Shown here piece after piece: positions 9,967 through 20,165 of a DNA stretch of 36,101 bases. The translations under genes and the position numbers were made by a program. The notes below the pieces were generated by a model. The model ran no database searches and was not told where the DNA came from. It saw only the letters and a list, made by a program, of their open reading frames with translations. The stretch comes from Nemertoderma westbladi (Eukaryota > Animalia > Xenacoelomorpha), in assembly GCA_032718475.1 (NCBI GenBank), contig JAUCBJ010008902.1:1-36101 (forward strand). Reading direction: 5' to 3'. Position 1 is the stretch's first letter. Each line of letters starts with the position of its first letter.

Positions 9967-12900
9967 TCAGTTACTTGAAAATACATCCATATCATCTTTA
10001 CCAGAAACATTTCCCGAATCAGTATCAGAATTGCATAGATTGTTTTTATCTTCTTGAGAATCACCACAGACCATGTCACAGTTACTCAATGCCGGATTGC
10101 TGACATGTTGCTCACTGATGCAATCTGCAAGTTCAGCATAGTTGCTGCACCATGTAAACTCCTTAACAATATCAAGAACATTGGTGGTAGTTAAATCTGA
10201 TGTATCAAATAAGTCATGCCATGAACGCATGGTTTGCATAACAATAACAGACGCAGTTAACCTTGCCCCCAAACCCTATCCTCCTCCAACGACCCTGACC
10301 CATCCACTCCTTCAACCCCCAACGACCTCGTCCCACCCACTCCTTCAACCTCGGACAACCCTGCCCCAACCACTCCTTCAACATGCGACAACCCTGCCCC
10401 ACTCACACCTTTAAACTCAGACGACCCTGCCCCACTCACTACTTAAAACTCCGACAACCCTGCCCCACCCACTCCTTCAACCCCCAACGACCTCGTCCCA
10501 CCCACTCCTTCAACCTCGGACAACCCTGCCCCACCCACTCCTTCAACATCCGACAACCCTGCCCACTCACACCTTTAAACTCAGACGACCCTGACCCACT
10601 CACTCCTTCAACCTCCGACAACCCTGCCCCACCCACTCCTTTAAACTCCGACAATCCTGCCCCAGCCACTCCTTTAAACTCCAATGACCCTGCCCCACCC
10701 ACTCCTTCAACCTCCGACAACCCTGCCCCACTCACTCCTTTAAACTCCAATGACCCTGCCCCACCCACTCCTTTAAACTCCGACAATCCTGCCCCAGCCA
10801 CTCCTTTAAACTCCAATGACCCTGCCCCACCCACTCCTTCAACCTCCGACAACCCTGCCCCACTCACTCCTTTAAACTCAAATGACTCTGCCCCACCCAC
10901 TCCTTCAACCTCCGACAACCCTGCCCCACTCACTCCTTTAAACTCAGACAACCCTGCCCCATTCACTCCTTTAAACTCAAATGACCCTACCCCACCCACT
11001 CATTCGACCTCCGACAACCCTGCCCCACTCACTCATTTAAACTCAAATGACCCTGCCCCACCCACTCCTTCAACCTCCGACAACCCTGCCTCACTCACTC
11101 CTTTAAACTCAGACGACCCTGCTCCACTCACTCCTTTAAACTCCAATGACTCTGCCCCACCCACTCCTTCAACCTTCAACGACCCTGCCCCACCCACTCC
11201 ATCAACCTTCAACGACCCTGCCTCACCCACTCCTTAAACCTCCGACAACCCTGCCCCACTCACTCCTTTAAACTCCGACAACCCTGCCCCACTCACTCCT
11301 TTAAACTCCGACAACCCTGCCCCACTCACTCCTTTAAACTCCGACAACCCTGCCCCACTCACTCCTTTATATTCCAATCACCCTGCCCCACCCACTCCTT
11401 CAACCTCCAACGATCTCGCCCCACCCACTCCTTCAACCTCCAACGACTCTGCCCCACCCACTCCTTCAACCTCGGACAACCCTGCCCCACTCACACCTTT
11501 AAACTCAGACAAACCTGCCCCACTCACTACTTAAAACTCCGACAACCCTGCCCCACCCACTCCTTCAACCCCCAACGACCTCGTCCCACCCACTCCTTCA
11601 ACCTCGGACAACCCTGCCCCACCCACTCCTTCAACATCCGACAACCCTGCCCACTCACACCTTTAAACTCAGACGACCCTGACCCACTCACTCCTTCAAC
11701 CTCCGACAACCCTGCCCCACCCACTCCTTTAAACTCCGACAATCCTGCCCCAGCCACTCCTTTAAACTCCAATGACCCTGCCCCACCCACTCCTTCAACC
11801 TCCGACAACCCTGCCCCACTCACTCCTTTAAACTCCAATGACCCTGCCCCACCCACTCCTTTAAACTCCGACAATCCTGCCCCAGCCACTCCTTTAAACT
11901 CCAATGACCCTGCCCCACCCACTCCTTCAACCTCCGACAACCCTGCCCCACTCACTCCTTTAAACTCAAATGACTCTGCCCCACCCACTCCTTCAACCTC
12001 CGACAACCCTGCCCCACTCACTCCTTCAAACTCAGACAACCCTGCCCCATTCACTCCTTTAAACTCAAATGACCCTACCCCACCCACTCATTCGACCTCT
12101 GACAACCCTGCCCCACTCACTCATTTAAACTCAAATGACCCTGCCCCACCCACTCCTTCAACCTCCGACAACCCTGCCTCACTCACTCCTTTAAACTCAG
12201 ACGACCCTGCCCCACTCACTCCTTTAAACTCCAATGACTCTGCCCCACCCACTCCTTCAACCTTCAACGACCCTGCCCCACCCACTCCATCAACCTTCAA
12301 CGACCCTGCCTCACCCACTCCTTAAACCTCCGACAACCCTGCCCCACTCACTCCTTTAAACTCCGACAACCCTGCCCCACTCACTCCTTTAAACTCCGAC
12401 AACCCTGCCCCACTCACTCCTTTAAACTCCGACAACCCTGCCCCACTCACTCCTTTATATTCCAATCACCCTGCCCCACCCACTCCTTCAACCTCCAACG
12501 ATCTCGCCCCACCCACTCCTTCAACCTCCAACGACTCTGCCCCACCCACTCCTTCAACCTCGGACAACCCTGCCCCACTCACTCCTTTAAACTCAAATGA
12601 CCCTGCCCCACCCACTCCTTCAACCTCCGACAACCCTGCCCCACTCACTCCTTTAAACTCAAATGACCCTGCCCCACCCACTCCTTCAACCTCCGACAAC
12701 CCTGCCCCACTCACTCCTTTAAACTCAGACAACCCTACCCCACTCACTCCTTTAGACTCAAATGACCCTGCCCCACCCACTCCTTTGACCTCCGACAACC
12801 CTCTCCCACTCACTCCTTTAAACTCAAATGACCCTGCCCCACCCACTCCTTCAACCTCCGACAACCCTGCCCCACCCACTCCTTCAACCTCCGACAACCC

Positions 12901-15468
12901 TGCCCCACTCACTCCTTTAAACTCAAATGACCCTGCCCCACCCACTCCTTCAACCTCCGACAACCCTGCCCCACTCACTCCTTTAAACTCAGACAGCCCT
13001 GCCCCACTCACTCCTTTAAACTCAAATGACCCTACCCCACCCACTCCTTTGACCTCCGACAACCCTGCCCCACTCACTCCTTTAAACTCAAAACCCTGCC
13101 CCACCCACTCCTTCAACCTCCGACAACCCTGCCCCACTCACTCCTTTAAACTCAAATGACCCTGCCCCACCCACTCCTTCAACCTCCGACAACCCTGCCC
13201 CACTCACTCCTTTAAAATCAGACAGCCCTGCCCCACTCACTCCTTTAAACTCAAATGACCCTCCCCCACCCACTCCTTTGACCTCCGACAATCCTGCCCC
13301 ACTCACTCCTTTAAACTCAAAACCCTGCCCCACCCACTCCTTCAACCTCCGAAAACCCTGCCCCACTCACTCCTTTAAACTCCGACAACCCTGCCCCAGC
13401 CACTCCTTTAAACTCAAATGACCCTGCCCCACCCACTCCTTCAACCTCCGACAACCCTGCCCCACTCACTCCTTTAAACTCAGACGACCCTGCCCCACCC
13501 CCTCCTTTAAACTCCAATGACCCTGCCCCATACACTCCTTTAAACTCCGACGACCCTGCCCCACCTCCTCCTTTAAACTCCAATGACCCTGCCCCATCCA
13601 CTCCTTCAACCTCCGACAACCCTGCCCCATTCACTCCTTTAAAATCAGACAACCCTGCCCCACCCACTCCTTTAAATTCCAACGACCCAGACCCACCCAC
13701 TTCTTTAAACTCAGACGACCCTGCCCCACTCACTCCTTTAAACTCCAATGACTCTGCCCCACCCACTCCTTCAACCTTCAACGACCCTGCCCCACCCACT
13801 CCATCAACCTTCAACGACCCTGCCTCACCCACTCCTTAAACCTCCGACAACCCTGCCCCACTCACTCCTTTAAACTCCGACAACCCTGCCCCACTCACTC
13901 CTTTAAACTCCGACAACCCTGCCCCACTCACTCCTTTAAACTCCGACAACCCTGCCCCACTCACTCCTTTATATTCCAATCACCCTGCCCCACCCACTCC
14001 TTCAACCTCCAACGATCTCGCCCCACCCACTCCTTCAACCTCCAACGACTCTGCCCCACCCACTCCTTCAACCTCGGACAACCCTGCCCCACTCACTCCT
14101 TTAAACTCAAATGACCCTGCCCCACCCACTCCTTCAACCTCCGACAACCCTGCCCCACTCACTCCTTTAAACTCAAATGACCCTGCCCCACCCACTCCTT
14201 CAACCTCCGACAACCCTGCCCCACTCACTCCTTTAAACTCAGACAACCCTACCCCACTCACTCCTTTAAACTCAAATGACCCTGCCCCACCCACTCCTTT
14301 GACCTCCGACAACCCTCTCCCACTCACTCCTTTAAACTCAAATGACCCTGCCCCACCCACTCCTTCAACCTCCGACAACCCTGCCCCACCCACTCCTTCA
14401 ACCTCCGACAACCCTGCCCCACTCACTCCTTTAAACTCAAATGACCCTGCCCCACCCACTCCTTCAACCTCCGACAACCCTGCCCCACTCACTCCTTTAA
14501 ACTCAGACAGCCCTGCCCCACTCACTCCTTTAAACTCAAATGACCCTACCCCACCCACTCCTTTGACCTCCGACAACCCTGCCCCACTCACTCCTTTAAA
14601 CTCAAAACCCTGCCCCACCCACTCCTTCAACCTCCGACAACCCTGCCCCACTCACTCCTTTAAACTCAAATGACCCTGCCCCACCCACTCCTTCAACCTC
14701 CGACAACCCTGCCCCACTCACTCCTTTAAAATCAGACAGCCCTGCCCCACTCACTCCTTTAAACTCAAATGACCCTCCCCCACCCACTCCTTTGACCTCC
14801 GACAATCCTGCCCCACTCACTCCTTTAAACTCAAAACCCTGCCCCACCCACTCCTTCAACCTCCGAAAACCCTGCCCCACTCACTCCTTTAAACTCCGAC
14901 AACCCTGCCCCAGCCACTCCTTTAAACTCAAATGACCCTGCCCCACCCACTCCTTCAACCTCCGACAACCCTGCCCCACTCACTCCTTTAAACTCAGACG
15001 ACCCTGCCCCACCCCCTCCTTTAAACTCCAATGACCCTGCCCCATACACTCCTTTAAACTCCGACGACCCTGCCCCACCTCCTCCTTTAAACTCCAATGA
15101 CCCTGCCCCATCCACTCCTTCAACCTCCGACAACCCTGCCCCATTCACTCCTTTAAAATCAGACAACCCTGCCCCACCCACTCCTTTAAATTCCAACGAC
15201 CCAGACCCACCCACTTCTTTAAACTCCAACGACCCTGCCCCACCCACTCCTTTAAACTCCATCGACACAGCCCCACTCACTCCTTTAAACTCCGACAACT
15301 TAGGCACTTCAATATCTCTCTGTATCTCTTCTTTATTGTCCAATCTTCTAGTTGCTCTGCTTCTTTTTTGGTAAGATTTGATAACTTCCGTGTTATTCCA
15401 CCTTCTTCTTCTTGTATTCAATACCTTTTCTCCTTCCTTTTCAACCCCATAAACAAGTTAACATCCAT
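9967..15468 (-). pseudogene. Possible disrupted ORF whose middle is the expanded 11-aa repeat (LSEFKGVSGAG)
   Basis: A unique basic N-terminus (MDVNLFMGLKRKEKRY / LNTRRRRWNN...EVPK) runs in frame into the repeat. Unique acidic sequence (GARLTAS...DDMDVFSSN) follows on the other side. Several frameshifts arise from shortened units. Confidence 0.4.
10259..15299. repeat. 33-bp minisatellite, ~150 copies, consensus CCTGCCCCAC(C/T)CACTCCTT(TAAA/CAAC)CTCCGACAAC, with 1088-bp and 1514-bp higher-order duplications
   Basis: Unit counted directly. Near-identical ORF translations recur at 10439/11527 (offset 1088) and 12466/13980 (offset 1514). Confidence 0.97.
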
Positions 15469-15636
15469 GTATTTACAATTATTTTATACATTGATTTCAT
15501 TTACTATTAATACACTTTGTAAAAAGTAGCACTTTTTAGAGGTCGGCCAGAGTGTGTTTATTATCTGAACGAAGCGAGTGTTATAAAATGTCATAACGCT
15601 ATAAAGTGCATCTTTCTTATAAGTATGTTTGTAATT

Positions 15637-15779
15637 TTCTCCAATTATATCAACTTTATACATAGAAACTTGTTTGCACTTAACTTGAAATTGTGAATCC
15701 CGGCATAACCAAGAAAGTTCAACTTTTTGATCCTATAACAATTTTTCTAGAACTGTACAAAGTTGATATAATTAGAGAA
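15637..15779. repeat. Fold-back inverted repeat, 26-bp arms (24/26 match)
   Basis: TTCTCCAATTATATCAACTTTATACA (15637-15662) versus TGTACAAAGTTGATATAATTAGAGAA (15754-15779). Confidence 0.85.
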
Positions 15780-15797
15780 TTAGAGAAAAACACTTAA

Positions 15798-16771
15798 GGC
15801 CCCGGTAGCACTACTTCAATAATTTTTTTCAAAAATTTTTTTAATTTCATCTAGAGCAGATTTATCAAGATTCCAAATTTGAAAACCGCTTAGCAAGATC
15901 TGTCCTATTTCTCGAGATATTGCTGTCTGTCCGTTTTACTGTCGGTTTGTCCGTCAGTATGTCTGTCCGTCAATAAAAAACATACGATTTGTCTAATAAA
16001 ATTCCCTGTGTGGGTTTTCGTGGTCGGTGACTTCATTTCTGATGTCATTAATCAAATTTGCCCTCGTCGGTTCTGTCTGTATGCCTGTCAGTCTGTCTGT
16101 CAAAATATAACCTATTTTTAGCATGGTTTATGCTTTCTTGTTGATACCTATATATTGACAAACTTTCTCACATATTAACAGACAATTTTTGCGCGGGAAG
16201 GTTCAAATTTTAAAGGCAATTATCTCGGAATTGTTTTTTTTGCATAAAAATAGCTTCAGACAATTCAATTTTCAATAAATTTTCAAAAATTTTGCTCAGA
16301 GGGGTTCTCTGATGTGCTCTCTCTTCAGATATCTCGATCTCGAATTCTGATTGTTTTATTCCAATAAGGAAATAATTGGCCAAAATTGAATAAAATATTT
16401 ATAATTTTTAATTTGTCAAAATTAAACAATAAACAAAACAAAAAACAGCACCAAAATGATAATTGTTAATTAATTTTTGAAATTTTGCTTCGAGATATCG
16501 AAAGAGCATACATTTTTGATGCGATTTGAAAAATTAGAAAGGAAAATACTCAAGATTGAATCTGATGAAGGTTTTTGGATTTTTATCCAAAAATTTGTCA
16601 ATATTTGTTAATATTTTTTCAAATTTTTGAAAAATTTGAATTTTTTATTTTTATTCATAATTACAAATCTTCCATTGACCTTCATACCAAGTTATGGTCG
16701 TTTCTGACAATGAGAAGTTGCTCTAACAAGGCAATATAAAAATCATGTCCATGTAGCGCTACCGCGGGGCC
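15798..16771. mobile_element. Non-autonomous TIR DNA transposon with TTAA target duplication (Kolobok-like)
   Basis: TTAA|GGCCCGGTAGCACTAC ... GTAGCGCTACCGCGGGGCC|TTAA. TTAA at 15794-15797 and 16772-16775. Purine (GG) termini fit Kolobok better than piggyBac (CC). No long ORF inside. Confidence 0.8.
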
Positions 16772-16944
16772 TTAAAATAATACCTAGACCAACGTATCGT
16801 ATGTTTTCATTTTTATGTATTTACTGTAGTACTAAAGAATTTAACTTGCTTAGTACCCAATCCTACTTGATATGTTCATGCAATCATATGTATTCAAAAA
16901 TATACATTACATACGGATACGGATTACACAGGATTACGTTGTAC

Positions 16945-17050
16945 CTGATTCATACCGGGGACAATTGCATGAATACACAACGACAAACCGGGGACGATTA
17001 ACAATCCGGGGACGTCCCCGGAGTGAATTGGTAGCTAAAATGCAATCTAC
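16945..17050 (+). repeat. Dispersed ~105-bp repeat, copy 2, with the same 18-bp palindrome (17005-17022)
   Basis: Direct repeat of 9202-9309. Confidence 0.9.
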
Positions 17051-17888
17051 ATCAACATCATTTTTTCTCCATAATCAGTATGAAATAAATGAATCGCTTA
17101 TTAAAATATAAATTTTAGAAACGAAATAATACATGTATTGTTTTCTTCTTATATATTAAGAAAATCAGAATTATAGCATTTAACTATATTATCGACTGTA
17201 TTAATGTTACGAACATCATGTAGTCAATAATATACTATTATTAGGCACTACATACTGCGAAATTAAATAAATGTTTCTTAGGTTTAGTTAATTATTTATT
17301 TCAAGTTCATTGGTTATTTTGATTATTATCACAAATAGCAATAAAAATATTAAAATATTTAGTTAAAATTGGTAGCAAAATGAAATCTACGTATTGTTTC
17401 CTCACATCAAAATCATATTGCCGAGTTAGTTACGAATACAAGGGTTTGAAGATTATGGCTGCCCATTGAACCCTTTCTATTTCTCAAGAATATTCCAGAA
17501 CATTATTTGTTATCCAATCACATATCGTCTGACACGGCAGCACATTGTTAAATGTTTAACATTGGGTAGAGTTAATGATTGTGTAAACTCTACCTGAAAT
17601 GTGCTCAATCACACTGGGGACCGGGTCGTGATTGGAGAAAAACTTAAACACACCAGTGAAATGTGTATGTTTGAGGACCCCAGTTCAACCTATGAGTAAC
17701 AAATTAGCAATCTTTAGAGTTGATAAATTTTGAATCAATAGAATGACGTAAAATGGTCTCCTGAGTCTATCGGTGCCAAAATAATTTAATTTGAACCAAG
17801 AATAAAGAAGTTATAAGGGAATCAATATCGACCCCAGAACCGACCGATAGAAATAACGGTCCCCAGAATGGGGGTTGTACAAAGAGGG

Positions 17889-18039
17889 GTGTATGTATGT
17901 ATGTATGTATGTATGTATGTATGTATGTATGTATGTATGTATGTATGTATGTATGTATGTATGTATGTATGTATGTATGTATGTATGTATGTATGTATGT
18001 ATGTATGTATGTATGTATGTATGTATGTATGTATGTATG
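17889..18039 (+). repeat. (TATG)n microsatellite, ~37 units
   Basis: Read directly; followed by GGGTGAACTCCTCCGAA. Confidence 0.97.
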
Positions 18040-18374
18040 CGTATCTATCTATATCGGGTGAACTCCTCCGAAGCTATAGCTCGTCCGTCAATGAAAGTTA
18101 TATCAATCGACGCAGCTCAAACCTAGGAAGTAGAAAAAAGGTTACGAAAAAAATTATTAAAGTGTCTTTTTTTATTTCGAAAAATAGCCCCATAACACGA
18201 AAATTGCCATAGACTCAATGATAGCACCAGCTGCTGGTGCTCCTGAGGGCATAGTAAGCCACTACTATTGATTGAATGGATAGGCCCAAACTGCAGAGAA
18301 TTATATTTTACTTGCCAAGTTTTTTACTCTATCCCAGACAAGTAATCTAATATAAGCTGTTAGAAAGTAATGTA

Positions 18375-18508
18375 TTATCCCGCCAGCTGAATAGTTCTTC
18401 CCAGTGTGCCAACTAATAGTATATTATTGTAGTATACTAACTACTACGCCTACACAAATTGGAAATGTTTTATCCCGCCAGCTGAATAGCTCTTCCCAGT
18501 GTGCCAAC
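18375..18508 (+). repeat. 39-bp direct repeat, two copies 95 bp apart, one mismatch
   Basis: TTATCCCGCCAGCTGAATAG(T/C)TCTTCCCAGTGTGCCAAC at 18375-18413 and 18470-18508. Confidence 0.9.
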
Positions 18509-18646
18509 AAACTACAGTAATAGTTTTATTATTGTACAGTAGTATATAGTAGGCCTATACATGATATTGTAGCAGTAGTATGATATACTTGTACACTGCG
18601 TCATGGTCACCCGTAGCCCATCATTACCATCATTACCATCCATTTT

Positions 18647-18822
18647 CTAGTACTGCAGCCAATCAGAAGCCACCATTTCAACCTTTACCAGTGGTCGTTA
18701 TTATTTCAACCAATCAGATGTCAGCATTTCATCCGTAACCACTGCAACTTCTCAAGTTCCCGCATCTTCCGCTAGAGGCGTTATTAGTCACCCAACTCTA
18801 GTACTGCATCCAATCATAAGCC
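18647..18822 (+). promoter_or_regulatory. Cluster of three CCAAT boxes (putative Pol II promoter)
   Basis: AGCCAATCAG (~18657), AACCAATCAG (~18708), ATCCAATCAT (~18808). The first and third lie in a duplicated CTAGTACTGCA.CCAATCA.AAGCC context. Confidence 0.5.
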
Positions 18823-19095
18823 TTTATTTTACAGGTGTTCGGGTGTCTACACTTAGCATCAGGTAACTTCTACTATTTTTCAAATCGTTATTTTTCAGCA
18901 ACCAGTATTTTCATATTCAGCAACCTTTATTTTACAGACGCTAGAGGTGTCTACAGGTAACTTCTACTATTTTTCAAATCGCAATTTTTATATTCACTAA
19001 CCTTTATCTTCCAGGTGTTCGAGTGTCTACACTTAGCATCAGGTAACTTCTACTATTTTTCACCAGTAACTAAATTTAATTTTGCAATTTTTCAG
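18821..19095 (+). repeat. Triplicated acceptor/micro-exon/donor unit
   Basis: cctttat.tt.cag|exon|gtaacttctactatttttca three times. Exons 18835-18862 (28 nt), 18938-18956 (19 nt), 19015-19042 (28 nt). Confidence 0.65.
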
Positions 19096-19615
19096 ATAAC
19101 AAAATATTCAACCGGATTCGAACTCGGGACTGATACATCCCCTCATAACTCACCAATCACTCTTCCATCCAATCTCGAGAGAAAAAGGTGATAAATATCT
19201 GAGTTATACCATAGTCATTGAATTCTTCATCTTCATCACTGGTAGCAGATGTTTATAAATAGCATCTAATCCCTTAACATAATTAATATAGCATAGAATA
19301 CATTAATTCGACTATTAATAATAATCGATTTTTTTATCGATGTAACCGATCGATCAACTAAGTTGAATATAAGTTAGAATAATAGGACTAGCATTGTTCT
19401 CGTTGCATCTGTTACTCGTTACTGCTATTTCACTCTCTAACTCACGCTAATGTAATAATTTTAGCTGTACACGTTGTTGCATCTGTTACACGAATCTACT
19501 ATATTCCTCACTGTAAGTCGCTCTGCTGTATTAAAGCAACCATATAAACCGAAGTTTTACAATCTAATAATCATTTATTTAGTTTTTATTTTTCAAAATA
19601 GTTTTCATTCTAATT

Positions 19616-20164
19616 ATGGATTTATTTAAAAAAACTTCAAGCAATACTTGGAAATTTACATTTAATAAATATACCTGTAGTATTGTTTATGGCAAGTACT
19701 TTATATTACTCTCATGCGATAGCAATGTAACAACGTGCTTCTCTTACCTGGATACACTCTACCTTCTAGACGTCTTAGAAATATTATTCAACCGACAAAA
19801 GGAATCACCAGTTTCAAGAGGTAATATTTATCCTAATATAGAATTTACAAGAGGAAAGTTAAATATTTCCACCTGTGTTATTACTGAAAACGTATATATT
19901 CAGAAGCAAGGCAAATGTCAAATTCTAAACAAATCACTCATTAATTTATTGCTTCAGAGTAAGACAGAAATATTAGAATTGTTATCACCACCACTCGAAA
20001 TAATAAATCAGTGTTCTGTTGTTAATTTAACCAACTCATCTTTTGTTGGTTTTGTAAGCAAATATAAAGGAACGACTTATATGGGACTATGGGAGATTTC
20101 AGCTAGATATTCTGATGCTATTGGTCTTAGGTATTATAATGGGTTTAACTTAACTAAACTGTGA
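19616..20164 (+). CDS. 182-aa hypothetical protein with a C-terminal PC4/whirly-like ssDNA-binding motif
   Basis: ATG-started ORF that is long for AT-rich DNA. FVSKYKGTTYMGLWE...GFNLT resembles PC4 VSVRDFKGKVLIDIRE...KGISL. The similarity is by eye only. Confidence 0.5.
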   Translation: MDLFKKTSSNTWKFTFNKYTCSIVYGKYFILLSCDSNVTTCFSYLDTLYLLDVLEILFNRQKESPVSRGNIYPNIEFTRGKLNISTCVITENVYIQKQGKCQILNKSLINLLLQSKTEILELLSPPLEIINQCSVVNLTNSSFVGFVSKYKGTTYMGLWEISARYSDAIGLRYYNGFNLTKL

Positions 20165-20165
20165 T

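Noticed and set aside
10383-14673. Plus-strand Pro/Thr-rich mucin-like ORFs
   Set aside because: They are by-products of a stop-free 33-bp repeat, with no signal peptide or unique coding flanks on this strand.
17868-18212. MYVC-repeat ORFs (also 9130-9330)
   Set aside because: Translations of (TATG)n microsatellites.
19108-19130. tRNA gene (minus-strand GAGTTCGAATCC B-box/T-arm)
   Set aside because: No acceptor, D or anticodon arms could be built; at most a SINE or tRNA remnant.
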